A stretch of DNA of 64,000 nucleotides from a bacterium. Lineage in GTDB: Bacteria > UBA8248 > JACPRG01 > G963555815. The notes beneath the pieces were generated by a model. The model was not told where the DNA came from. It saw only the letters and a program-made list of their open reading frames with translations, and did no database searches. Position numbers and translations under genes: made by a program. Of this stretch, positions 36,926 to 46,876 are shown in pieces. Each line of letters starts with the position of its first letter. Within the stretch, counting starts at the first letter, position 1. The stretch lies in the NCBI GenBank assembly GCA_965218795.1, contig OZ244653.1:3232001-3296000 (forward strand). The letters are read 5' to 3'.

Positions 36926-38329
36926 CTAGTTCCAGTCGCGAATGTCTACGAAATGACCTTCTACCGCCGCCGCGGCCGCCATGACCGGGCTGACGAGATG
37001 GGTGCGTCCGTCACGCCCCTGCCGCCCTTCGAAGTTTCGGTTCGAGGTGCTCGCGCAGCGTTCCTTCGGCTGGAGAATATCCTCGTTCATTCCCAGACAC
37101 ATGCTGCAGCCGGACTCTCTCCATTCGAAGCCCGCTTCCTCGAAGATGCGATCCAGTCCTTCCTCCTCGGCTTCGCGCTTGACAGACTGTGAACCCGGCA
37201 CGACCAAGGCGCGCACCCTTGGGCTGATCTTCTTTCCCTCCACCGCCTGGGCCGCCATCCTCAAGTCTCCGAGACGGGAGTTCGTGCAGGACCCGATGAA
37301 GACACGGTCAATCTCGATATCGGCCATCGGCGTTCCGGCCGTCAGTCCCATGTATTCCAGGGCCCGCTCGGCCGCCAGGCGGTCCGCTTCGCTCTCGAAG
37401 CCGCCTGGGTCGGGGACCTGACCGGTCACATCGGTAACCATTCCGGGATTCGTTCCCCATGTCACCTGGGGGGCGATGTCGGAGGCGTACAAGACCACTT
37501 CGCGGTCGAACGTCGCGCCTTCATCCGTGGACAGACTCTTCCAGTACTCCACCCGCTCCTGAAATTCTTTTCCCCTGGGAACGTAACGCCGCCCGTCCAG
37601 AAACTCAAACGTCTTTTCGTCCGCCGCAATCATGCCCGCGCGCGCGCCGGCTTCGATGGACATATTGCAAACCGTCATTCGTTCTTCCATGGTCAGGGCT
37701 TCGAGGGCCTCCCCCCGATATTCGATCGCGTAGCCAGCACCGCCGCCTATGCCGATGCGACTGATGATTGAGAGAATGATGTCCTTCGCGGTGACACCGA
37801 ACTCGGGTTGGTTGTTCACCGTAATGTCGAGCGTTTTCGGTTTGACCTGCTGCAGGCATTGGGTCGCCAGGACATGCTCGACCTCGCTGGTCCCAATCCC
37901 GAAGGCCAGGGCCCCGAACGCTCCGTGCGTCGCCGTGTGACTGTCCCCGCACACGAGGGTCTTGCCGGGCTGTGTGATTCCCAATTCCGGTCCGATGACG
38001 TGGACAATTCCCTGATCCGGGCTGTTCAGGTCAAACAGCGTAATGCCGAATTCCTTGCAATTCCTCGTCAGGGTATCGATCTGCCGTTTTGAGATTTGAT
38101 CAACGATCGGAAGGCTTCGATCCGTCGTAGGGACGTTGTGGTCCATCGTTGAAAACGTCAGGTCGGTCCGGCGCACCTTGCGGCCCGTCATCCGCAGGCC
38201 CTCGAATGCCTGCGGGCTGGTGACCTCGTGCACGAGATGGCAGTCGACATAGAGAACCGCCGGCTTCCCGGGCTCCTCGTGGACCACGTGGGCATCCCAA
38301 ATCTTTTCGAACATCGTCTTCGTTGGCAT
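36926..38329 (-). CDS. leuC: 3-isopropylmalate dehydratase large subunit
   Basis: Motifs [33 protein letters not shown] and [12 protein letters not shown]. Confidence 0.98.
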   Translation of the reverse strand: MPTKTMFEKIWDAHVVHEEPGKPAVLYVDCHLVHEVTSPQAFEGLRMTGRKVRRTDLTFSTMDHNVPTTDRSLPIVDQISKRQIDTLTRNCKEFGITLFDLNSPDQGIVHVIGPELGITQPGKTLVCGDSHTATHGAFGALAFGIGTSEVEHVLATQCLQQVKPKTLDITVNNQPEFGVTAKDIILSIISRIGIGGGAGYAIEYRGEALEALTMEERMTVCNMSIEAGARAGMIAADEKTFEFLDGRRYVPRGKEFQERVEYWKSLSTDEGATFDREVVLYASDIAPQVTWGTNPGMVTDVTGQVPDPGGFESEADRLAAERALEYMGLTAGTPMADIEIDRVFIGSCTNSRLGDLRMAAQAVEGKKISPRVRALVVPGSQSVKREAEEEGLDRIFEEAGFEWRESGCSMCLGMNEDILQPKERCASTSNRNFEGRQGRDGRTHLVSPVMAAAAAVEGHFVDIRDWN

Positions 38330-39012
38330 CTGAATGTTCTTACCTCTATTTCACTCGTCTCTGGGCGAAATCAGCCCTTCCATTCTTTTCTTTTCGATTC
38401 TCAATCCACTATTCAGAAAACACAATTCATAAGGTATAGCCGCAGTGCTCGTCAAGCCAGAAAAAAAGCTGCCTTTGAATGCAACGTCCCTTGAAATTCC
38501 GGTTCCAACACATCTTTCTCCATGCATTTCCCGCGAACTTTACGCAGGACTCGGCCATTTCAGAACGAAAGCCGCCATTGAAAAGGTGAAACTCCGGATT
38601 TCCGGAGTGTGTACAGACAGGGGTTTCATTCAATTCGACTCTCGAATTCAGATTCGGAGGCGCACAACGAAGCTGACCAGCGAGCCAAGTTGCAAGGTGA
38701 TCTTCCAAGGATCGGCAAAACCGAAATCCCTCCGGATATTCCAGATTCAACTCAAGACAGAACCCTGCATCATTCAAGGGGTTCGGAACCGGGAAACACC
38801 CATTCGATGAATCATCTCCATACAAATCCCCATCGTGTACTGTCACCCATGAAGGGATCCCTTATGTTCTCTTGGCATACCGAATATACCAATCGGTGAT
38901 TCAGAGCATTATTCAATATATGAATCTGATAAAAGATACTTGACGATTCTGATCGATCAATAAGAGAATAACAAAAAACTCTTTCTTGATTGCATTCCAT
39001 AGGGGAGTATCA

Positions 39013-39408
39013 ATGGCAAAGGCATCCATTCACAACATGATCAGGAAACAACTTACCGATCTGCAAAAACAGATTGCTCAGCATGAAAAAGCACTGAAAT
39101 TCCTTCGCTCCCAGGAAAAGAACATTCGCCAGGCCGTGAAGCTACTGGGAGGGAAAATTGCAGCGGGGCCGGGGCCCGCACGTGGACGTCCTCCGGGAAA
39201 GGACGAAGCTGGAGTTGCCAAAAGGAGCCGGAGAACCAATTGGGACCATGTTGTGAATTCTCTCCCGGAAAGGTTTACGATAAACGATCTGGCGGCAACC
39301 CCGGGAGCAAGAGGAAAAAGTAGGGCCTATCTACATCAAATCATCAACCGCTGGAAAAAAGCTGGCGTGATTGAATCAGCGGGAAGAGCGACCTATCAAA
39401 AGGTGTAG
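39013..39408 (+). CDS. Basic putative DNA-binding protein (coiled coil + RGRP linker + winged-helix-like C-terminus)
   Basis: GGGGAG RBS, heptad-like N-terminus, ARGRPPGK, and C-terminal FTINDL...RWKKAGVIESAGRATY. Confidence 0.75.
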   Translation: MAKASIHNMIRKQLTDLQKQIAQHEKALKFLRSQEKNIRQAVKLLGGKIAAGPGPARGRPPGKDEAGVAKRSRRTNWDHVVNSLPERFTINDLAATPGARGKSRAYLHQIINRWKKAGVIESAGRATYQKV

Positions 39409-39709
39409 ACCCTATTTTTTGATTTTGGGGAGAGGGGCGAGGAGCGCGGAATTTCTGAATAGACCGTTGATCCTATGATTCGAAAGAATGAGTAGGCGCT
39501 GAGTCGCTGCTATGATGACCTTCTTCTCTGCCCTTGTCATGGCTCCTCCCGCTCTGTCTTCCGGGGGTTTCTCCTGCCCCTTCATACGATATCATCTGTA
39601 CCGGGAAGATGCCTAGTCGCACACCCTATCTGTACATGTAGTCCTACGGTATGTCGCGCCCCTGCATGCAGGGGATCAGGTACTCTCAGAGTGCTCAGTT
39701 TCAACCCTC

Positions 39710-39768
39710 GCTTAACGCAGAATTACGCGCCGCCGCTCTGTGCCGTCCGCTTGAATGACGTGTTCGGA
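39710..39768 (-). mobile_element. Integron attC site (59 bp), downstream of the cassette gene
   Basis: Minus strand: TCCGAAC (R'') acgt CATTCAAGCGGAC (L'') ... GGCGCGTAATTCTGC GTTAAGC (R', fits GTTRRRY). Confidence 0.8.
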
Positions 39769-39781
39769 GGCGCATTGTACT

Positions 39782-40251
39782 TCATGAATTCATTTCGAGT
39801 TCTGTTTTTAGCAATTCCCAGTTGTTCTTGTACCTTTCTATCTCGTCTATTTCGGGATGATATCTCGCTCGGGCCACTTTGCTGGGTCGCCGCCCTCGAA
39901 GTACCGGAATATGATTCTTGACGGAACAACGAAGACATCCGGAAGTTCCTTAAAGTCCTTCAAATCGACTAGAGTGAAGAACACTTGGGAAAGATTTATC
40001 TTTGCGGACCCCCAACCAATATCCCATTCGTAGTGATGCGGTTTCTTGTTCCCGCCACGTCCACGCGTTCGCATAGCCCAAGACGTGGTCTTAACTTGCA
40101 GGGCTAGACTCCTCGCGCCGTTGGGGGCGCTGACAAGCACGTCCGGGCCGGCCACGTTTCGAGTTGTAGGAACTGCGTGAAATCCGAGGTATGAGGCGAC
40201 AAGGAGAACCCCTGCCACGCCGGTCAGCTGACTTGTTCGCCCTTCGATCAT
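39782..40251 (-). pseudogene. Gene-cassette ORF, PD-(D/E)XK nuclease-like, with a 1-nt frameshift near 39870
   Basis: GVAG...TTRNVAGPDVLV...LQVKT motif. Shifting frame at KWP restores RARYHPEIDEIERYKNNWELL...*, which ends just before the attC. Confidence 0.65.
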
Positions 40252-40272
40252 TGCGATGCCTTCATTTGTGCC

Positions 40273-40330
40273 GCCGAACGTCACTATCAACCGCGTGCTT
40301 CAGCGCGTCGGCTGCATGGCATTGTTGTAC
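40273..40330 (-). mobile_element. Integron attC site (58 bp), upstream of the cassette gene
   Basis: Minus strand: GTACAAC (R'') aatgcc ATGCAGCCGAC (L'') GCGCTGAAGCACGC GGTTGATAGTGAC GTTCGGC (R'). Confidence 0.75.
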
Positions 40331-40489
40331 TCCCGGATTGCGGTCTTCACTGTGTACGGCACCGAATCACGCAGATACTGCATCCTACATCGTGCCCACT
40401 ACTCTCAGAAGCCTTATATTGTACGCAGATGTGTCATTCAATGCCGACCGCTCCGGTGAACCATACCCAGTCCGGGGGTACCCTGATCC

Positions 40490-41617
40490 TTGAAATTATA
40501 TTGGCATCGAGCGCCGGCTGAAATTCTTTACGGGTTCGGGTCCGCCGAATATCTCAAGGGAGTCCGGCGCAAGCGGACGGCTCTGATTTTTGATCACGCC
40601 TTGCTGCCCTTCGGGCCGGTTGGACAGATCATCGATTGGCTCCAGGCCAATCAGGCTCCGCTTCTGCAATGGAAGGTTCAGATTCGCCCCGGGGAGCCTT
40701 GCGCTGAATCCGCGAACGATACCGGAAGTCGTCTTCGAAATTTCGAGCCCGACCTGGTGGTCGCCGTCGGGGGCGGCTCCACCATTGAGCTCGCGAAGGC
40801 GGCCTGGGCCCTCTATGAGCACCCTCGACTGGAATCGGCGGAACTCCTCGTCAGCCCCGCGCTGCCGTCCCTCCGCAAGCGGGCGCGTCTGATGGCCCTG
40901 CCGACGACATTCGGATCCGGCGCGGAGGTAAGCCCGACGCTGGGCCTTTACCAGGGCGGGAGGTTCCGGGAGCTGCGCGTCCCATCGCTGATCCCCGACC
41001 GGGCCATTCTCGATCCGAATCTACTGGCGGGGCTTCCGGTCCGAGTTGCCGCAGAAACCGGCTTCGACGCCATTTCCCACGCCGTCGAGGCATACTTCTC
41101 AACGATACCCGCCCATCTTTCAGACGTACAATCCATCTCAGCCCTTTCCACACTGCTGGACAGGCTGGAATCCGCAGTCCTGGATTCTGAGGCTCGGTCG
41201 GCGAGAGAGTCTATTCTATACGCCTCTTCCATGGCCGGCGTCGCCGGCGGAAACAAACGGCTGGGACTCGCCCATGCGCTGGCCGACGCCTTAGAGGCAA
41301 ACCATGGCCTTCGACACGGGGAGGCCTTGGCCTTCGTTCTTCCACAAGTCATCCTCCACAATGCGAGCCGTGCGCCTGAAAAGGCCGAATCGCTGGCCCG
41401 GGCGTTGAATTCGACCACTATCGATCAGATATTCGAGCGAATGATGAACCTCCGGCACACGTTGGATCTCGAACCCGACGGAACAATGAAGTTCAAGGAG
41501 GATTCAAACGATATTGCCCGGGACGTTCTGGCCTGCCGTCACCTGGATACGAATCCCGGGACGGTTTCCGAAGCCGTGATTGAACGTATTTTGAAAAACG
41601 CTTTCGATTCGTATTGA
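40490..41617 (+). CDS. Iron-containing alcohol dehydrogenase
   Basis: VGGGSTIELAKA, PTTFGSGAEVS, GFDAISHAVEAY, GLAHALA and HGEALA. TTG start. Confidence 0.88.
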   Translation: MKLYWHRAPAEILYGFGSAEYLKGVRRKRTALIFDHALLPFGPVGQIIDWLQANQAPLLQWKVQIRPGEPCAESANDTGSRLRNFEPDLVVAVGGGSTIELAKAAWALYEHPRLESAELLVSPALPSLRKRARLMALPTTFGSGAEVSPTLGLYQGGRFRELRVPSLIPDRAILDPNLLAGLPVRVAAETGFDAISHAVEAYFSTIPAHLSDVQSISALSTLLDRLESAVLDSEARSARESILYASSMAGVAGGNKRLGLAHALADALEANHGLRHGEALAFVLPQVILHNASRAPEKAESLARALNSTTIDQIFERMMNLRHTLDLEPDGTMKFKEDSNDIARDVLACRHLDTNPGTVSEAVIERILKNAFDSY

Positions 41618-41683
41618 AATCAGGGAAAGCCCTATCCGAGAATGAGAGGAAGGGATTTCTGACTCAGAAATGGAGTTGGCGCA

Positions 41684-42118
41684 TTGATTCATATCATGGA
41701 GATGCGGGTCCCGTGGCATGACACGGATAGCGCGAATATTGTCCACCATGCGAATTATTTTCATTGGATGGAACAGGCGGAGATTGAGCTGTTTCGGAAA
41801 TCAGGAAAATCCAGGAAACAAATCTGTGAGGAGACCGGAGTCCATCTTCTCCGTTTGAGCGTCAAATGCGATCACTACGCCCCGGTCTACGATGACGATA
41901 TCCTGGAGATTCGATCGCAGGTCTTGAATCTGAAGGAAAAGACATTCGTTCTGCGGCACGGGGTTCACCGAATGACGGACGACAAGCAGGTCGCAACTGG
42001 CGAGCTCGTCATTTGCTGCGCCAAATCGGGAGAGGACGGCACGGCCAAGTCCCATCCCTTGCCTGAAATCATCGTGAATGAGCTGAAGAAATATCTGGCC
42101 GATGAAGATTCTGCCTGA
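41684..42118 (+). CDS. Acyl-CoA thioesterase (4HBT/YbgC family)
   Basis: DTDSANIVHHANYFHWME motif. Confidence 0.88.
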   Translation: MIHIMEMRVPWHDTDSANIVHHANYFHWMEQAEIELFRKSGKSRKQICEETGVHLLRLSVKCDHYAPVYDDDILEIRSQVLNLKEKTFVLRHGVHRMTDDKQVATGELVICCAKSGEDGTAKSHPLPEIIVNELKKYLADEDSA

Positions 42119-42278
42119 CGAGGAAACCGGCCCGATGAAGACGGCCGCCGCGCCTGCAAAAAAAGAACGGCGCAGGGCTCCAGCCCCCATGGCGGCTGTT
42201 TCACCGCTTGGAGCCGCCCGCCCTACGCCGGTCACCCCGCTTCGAATCGCCTGAGGCGAAACTCAGCCGATTCGGTCC

Positions 42279-42752
42279 CTATTCTTTTCCATCCGCGACG
42301 GCCTGGACAGCCTCGATGATTTTGACGTATCCGGTGCAGCGACAGAGGTTGCCCGCCAGGTAGTGCTTGATCTCATCCTCGCTGGGGTGGGGGTTCTCCT
42401 CCAGCAACTGAATCGAGGCCATGATCATCCCCGGCGTGCAGTACCCGCACTGGATCGCCCAGCGCTTGATGAAGCTCTCCTGCATCGGGTGCAGTCCCCC
42501 GTCCGGTCCCTTCACCCCCTCGATCGTCTCCACCGGCTTGTCCTTCACCCGAACCGCCAGCGTCAAGCAACCGCTCACCAACTCACCGTCCACCTTCACC
42601 GTGCACGTCCCGCACACACCCATGTCGCAGCCCTTCTTCGCACCCGTCAGATGAAGGTCCTCGCGAAGGGTGTCCAGCAGGCTCTTCTTCGGCTCGATGG
42701 CCGCCTCGCGCTCCTCGCCGTTCACATGCAACGTCACCAACCGCTTCGCCAT
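42279..42752 (-). CDS. CoxS/CutS-type 2x[2Fe-2S] subunit
   Basis: Motifs GAKKGCDMGVCGTCTV, QCGYCTPG and GNLCRCTGY. Confidence 0.95.
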   Translation of the reverse strand: MAKRLVTLHVNGEEREAAIEPKKSLLDTLREDLHLTGAKKGCDMGVCGTCTVKVDGELVSGCLTLAVRVKDKPVETIEGVKGPDGGLHPMQESFIKRWAIQCGYCTPGMIMASIQLLEENPHPSEDEIKHYLAGNLCRCTGYVKIIEAVQAVADGKE

Positions 42753-42773
42753 CGCCTCGTCCCTTTTCCCCGC

Positions 42774-43646
42774 TCAGTGAGAACCGTTCCCCGAAAGCGC
42801 CGCCTGCAACGTGCGACGCAAGAACACCCCCACCATCGCTCGCTTGTACTCCGCCGAACCACGAATGTCGCTGATCGGCTCCACCGAACCCTTCGCCAGC
42901 TCACCCGCCTCGGAAAGCACCGATTCACTCAACTCCTTGCCCCGCAAATACGACTCCGCCTCGCTCAGCCGCTGCGGCGTCGCCACCGCCGCGCCCACCG
43001 ACAGACGGACATCCTTGCACGTCCGACCGTCCGACTCCGTCAACACCGCAGCGCCCACCGACAGCGCCGGCTTGTCCTCCTTCGAGCGCGTCGTGAACTT
43101 GGTGTAGGACGTCCGCCAGCCCGGCCCCAGACGCGGCACACGTATCTCCGTCAACAACTCGTCCGCCTCCACGCACGTCTCGTAGTAGTCGGTGAAAAAA
43201 TCGTTGATCGATACCCGACGCTCACCGCCCTTCTTCTTCAACACCAACTCCGCCTCCATCGCCATCAGCGCCGCAGGAGGGTCCGCCGCAGGCTCGGCAA
43301 AACACAGGTTCCCGCCAATCGTCCCCTGGTTGCGAATCCGTATCGTCCCCACCCGGTGAAACGCCTCCGACAACAACGGGTAGCCCGACGCCACCGCCGC
43401 GTCGTTCTCGATCACTCGGTGAGGCGTCAAGGCCCCGATCGACAGCGCCTCCCCCTCCTCACGAACGTAACGCAACCCGGACAACTCACCAATGTCGATC
43501 AGGTAGGCAGGAGAAAAGAGCCGCTGCTTCAGCACGATCAACAACGCCACCCCGCCGGCAATCAGCTTGCCGTCATCGGCGTGCTCGCTCAGCGCGTCCA
43601 GCGCCTCCGACTCGCTCGTGCAACTCAATAACTCAAAATTCCGCAT
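42774..43646 (-). CDS. CoxM/CutM-type FAD-binding subunit
   Basis: Motifs IAGGVALL, RIRNQGTIGGNL and DIRGSAEYKR. Confidence 0.93.
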   Translation of the reverse strand: MRNFELLSCTSESEALDALSEHADDGKLIAGGVALLIVLKQRLFSPAYLIDIGELSGLRYVREEGEALSIGALTPHRVIENDAAVASGYPLLSEAFHRVGTIRIRNQGTIGGNLCFAEPAADPPAALMAMEAELVLKKKGGERRVSINDFFTDYYETCVEADELLTEIRVPRLGPGWRTSYTKFTTRSKEDKPALSVGAAVLTESDGRTCKDVRLSVGAAVATPQRLSEAESYLRGKELSESVLSEAGELAKGSVEPISDIRGSAEYKRAMVGVFLRRTLQAALSGNGSH

Positions 43647-44156
43647 GATGTCGCCTCTTTGGTGAATGGGTCGCCCTTAGGACACGTCGAACATGGAAAA
43701 TTCGATGGCAATGCTGATTCGATAGAGGAGCGTCCCGATCGGACTCCGAAGCGGGAGCCCGCCGGATCCTATCATCGCGGGCAGCGGCCGAACAGTTTTC
43801 AGGCAGGAAGAGATATCCCATAGGGCAAGGGCGGTCTCATGGACCGGGCGTCAAGGGTTCTCGAATGTCCCGTTCCCAGCCGATTTCAATGCGTCGGGAC
43901 CGGATGAAATATTTGGACATTCTACAATGGAATCCCTAACAAGATCAATCGATGAATTTGGAGGAAAGATAGGCGTGCTATTATCCACTTTGGAGAGGAT
44001 GCGGAGCGGCCCTGTGTCGGGTCGCCCGCCGAATACAAGACCGTTCCTTCCGGATGGGAATAGGCGGAACCCACCTGCCATCCGTGCGTTGTTTGGCGAC
44101 CGGTCCCGGCATGGGTCCGTGGGCGGTCGGTTTTCGCTCTTTGAGGGGGTGGAGAC

Positions 44157-44630
44157 ATGAAGAAGCTTCTTTAGTCTGGCGATGGTTTTTCTGATCGTCC
44201 TCATGGGCGGCCGAGCCTTTGCGGAGGGAGGTGAAGTCTCAAAGTGCTTCAGGTGGTGGACGGAGACACGATGTGGGTAACGTGCAAAGGAAAGGAGATT
44301 CAGATCCGCCTTCTCCGCATCAACGCGCCAGAGCGCGGGTGTCCTGGATCTTCCCAAGCCGCAGAGGCGCTGGAACGATTGGCCCCATTGGACTCGAAAG
44401 TGAGGCTGGAATTTGAGGGAAGACGGAAAGGCAAACGCGAACGGCTTCTGGCCTACGTCTGGCGGGACGGTCTGATGATCAATGCCGAGCTTGTTCGCCT
44501 CGGTTGGGCTTGCTTCAGGTTCAAGTATGGATTCGGGAAATATGCTGAGCGATTCAGGAGCGCCGAGAGCGAAGCGCGATCCAATAACAGGGGGTTGTCT
44601 CCCTATTCTGGCCTGGCTGCCAATAAGTGA
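44157..44630 (+). pseudogene. Thermonuclease (SNase) family gene with a disrupted N-terminus
   Basis: VVDGDT, IRLLRINAPE, RLLAYVW and INAELVRLG. The ATG at 44157, the signal-peptide frame and the nuclease frame do not join in one ORF. Confidence 0.7.
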
Positions 44631-44821
44631 GACCCGAGGCACGGCCTTGCCCTTCAGTCGTCCAGGAGAAGCCCGATGTTGGTGTTGAGCTTCGGAAGAG
44701 CGCGGTTCATGCTCCGTATGAAGCTATCCAAACTTCCACTACAGGGAGGTACGCCGAAACTTCACCTGGATGATGAAAACCCACTGCCGCCCAGAAATCC
44801 AAGATTCCGCTCTTGAAAAGG

Positions 44822-45688
44822 CTATACGAGAAGGATGCTCAAAGCTCCCCCGACAACCAGCACGCCTCCCGCCAAGACCCGCCAGGTCACCCTTTCCTTT
44901 TCCTTCGATTGCAGGAAAAAGTACCCGAGAAGCACGGAAAAAAACGGAAAAATGCTCATCAGCGGCGTCACATGGCTGACCATCTCACCCTGCAAAGCCA
45001 AAAAGAACGACAGATAAGCCAGGGTCGCGAAAACCCCGCCCAAAACAAAAAACGTAAGGCTCCTGCGAGTCAGGATGAAATTTTTCCTGTTTCTCGAGAG
45101 CAGGTACGGAAGGTTGACGAAAACGGCGGCGGCTGTGGCCGCAACGGCGGCTCCGGCCACCGGGGCCGGAACCATCTGAAGGCCCACCTTGACCGAAACG
45201 TCGCGGAGGGCAAAAAACAATGCCGCGCCCAGAGGGAAGAGAATCGCCCACCCGCTCCAGCGCGCCTCGATGTCCCGCCTGTAACTCAATACACTGATAC
45301 CGACGACGATGAGGAACGTGCCCATGACGGCCTGGAGGGAAGGCTGCTCTCCGACAACGAGGACCGCGACGAGGACGGCAAATAGCGGCATGGAAGCGGC
45401 AATCACGTCCGAGCGGGCCAATCCCAGATATTGATATCCATGAAACAGGAGGGATCGGGCCAATCCCGGAGAAAAAATTCCCGCAAGAAGAAACGGCCAA
45501 ATTTGAACCGAAAGGACGGGACGGATGGAGGAGGTGAAAGCCGCAAGTATCCACAGGCCGAGGGCATTCATCGCCACATTGAATGCAACCGCAGTCGACG
45601 GGTTCGATTCCTCCATACCCATTCGCGCGAAAAAGTTGTTCACCGCAAAAGCGAATCCGGCCGCCAGGGCGAGAAATAGCGAATCCAT
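44822..45688 (-). CDS. EamA/DMT family transporter
   Basis: About 10 TM helices in two repeats; PLFAVLVAVLVVGEQ motif. Confidence 0.88.
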   Translation of the reverse strand: MDSLFLALAAGFAFAVNNFFARMGMEESNPSTAVAFNVAMNALGLWILAAFTSSIRPVLSVQIWPFLLAGIFSPGLARSLLFHGYQYLGLARSDVIAASMPLFAVLVAVLVVGEQPSLQAVMGTFLIVVGISVLSYRRDIEARWSGWAILFPLGAALFFALRDVSVKVGLQMVPAPVAGAAVAATAAAVFVNLPYLLSRNRKNFILTRRSLTFFVLGGVFATLAYLSFFLALQGEMVSHVTPLMSIFPFFSVLLGYFFLQSKEKERVTWRVLAGGVLVVGGALSILLV

Positions 45689-45774
45689 ACGTTAATTTCT
45701 CATCCGTCCCGGCCGCACAAAGGGCCGAGCGATTTTTCGAGCTTTCCGTAAGACACCCTATCCGGTTCTCCCGC

Positions 45775-46707
45775 TCATGCTCGTCCAAGCACGATAGCCG
45801 TCGCGCCGAGCATCACCAGCAACCCACCCGTTACGACCCGAGGCGTGATATGTTCCGTCGCCTGTAAGAACCAGTAGCTCAGCAGGAGAGAGAATAAAGG
45901 ATGCGTGCCGAGCAATGGCGAGACCAGGCTGACCGTGCTCGTCCGCAGGGCGTTGAATACGAAAATATATCCCACAGTCACTAAGAGACCCGCCAAAACG
46001 AAAAAGAAGATACTCTTGCGCGGTCCTTTCAACGGCTCTTTCTCAGAGCGAACAGTCTGCAGGACGAACACCGTCCCCATGGCCACCGTCGCCATGATGG
46101 CCGCTCCGCCGAGGGGGTTATCGACCCGGTTCAGTCCCAATTTCGAGAAAACTTCACGGAAGGAAAAAAACAGCGCAGCCCCCAAGGGAAGCAAAACAGC
46201 CCATTTCTTCCAAACCTTGGCGTAATCGGGCCGGTACAACAGAAACCAGGCTCCGCCGATGATCGCCAGGGTTCCCAAAAGCATGATGATCGTTGGACGC
46301 TCGCTCAAGAACGACATGGCCATCAATACCGCGAACAGCGGATGAGACCCGACGATGACGTCGGTGCGGGCCAAGCCCATATGCTGGTACCCCTCGTACA
46401 TCAGAGCCCGGGCCAGTCCCGGGGCGAACAGCCCCCCGACCACGAACGGCCATACGCCCCAAGTCGCAATCGATTGCATGGACGAAAAAAGCGCCGCCAG
46501 GATCCACAATCCCAGCGAGTTGACGATCAGGTTGATCGTGACGGCGGTGGTGGGATTGGATTCATTCATCCCGAGCTTGACGAACAAGTGAGACAAGGCA
46601 AAACAAAGAGCGCCCAGGACAGGAAACGCCGTGGCGACAAGCAAGGCCGCAATTCTCCAATGGGTTTCGGATTGGGAAGCGGTTTCTCTTCGGTCGTGAT
46701 CCGTCAA
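45775..46707 (-). CDS. EamA/DMT family transporter (paralogue of its neighbour)
   Basis: Shares GMxESNPxTA, PGLARxL and WAxLxPLGAALFF with 44822-45688. Start uncertain; it may be the GTG near 46633. Confidence 0.85.
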   Translation of the reverse strand: MTDHDRRETASQSETHWRIAALLVATAFPVLGALCFALSHLFVKLGMNESNPTTAVTINLIVNSLGLWILAALFSSMQSIATWGVWPFVVGGLFAPGLARALMYEGYQHMGLARTDVIVGSHPLFAVLMAMSFLSERPTIIMLLGTLAIIGGAWFLLYRPDYAKVWKKWAVLLPLGAALFFSFREVFSKLGLNRVDNPLGGAAIMATVAMGTVFVLQTVRSEKEPLKGPRKSIFFFVLAGLLVTVGYIFVFNALRTSTVSLVSPLLGTHPLFSLLLSYWFLQATEHITPRVVTGGLLVMLGATAIVLGRA

Positions 46708-46876
46708 GAGGTTGAGAAAAGCGTTTCATCCTAACACAAGGGGACAGACCCGGGCGCATTTCGCCAGGAGGACGCCCCAAGCCATGAGGACCCCGAGAAG
46801 TGTTAGAATGTACCGTTCGGAAAATGCGGTTGGACGTACCCGCCTTTCGATTGCAAAGGACAGTGCGGAGGAACCG

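Noticed and set aside
38427-38899. Possible integrase remnant or leu attenuator in the AT-rich gap
   Set aside because: The ORFs show no tyrosine-recombinase motifs, and I found no Leu-rich leader peptide or T-box upstream of leuC.
40400-40450. In-frame TGA before a Cys-rich stretch read as selenocysteine
   Set aside because: No start codon, no recognisable SECIS, and it is better explained as a truncated cassette remnant.
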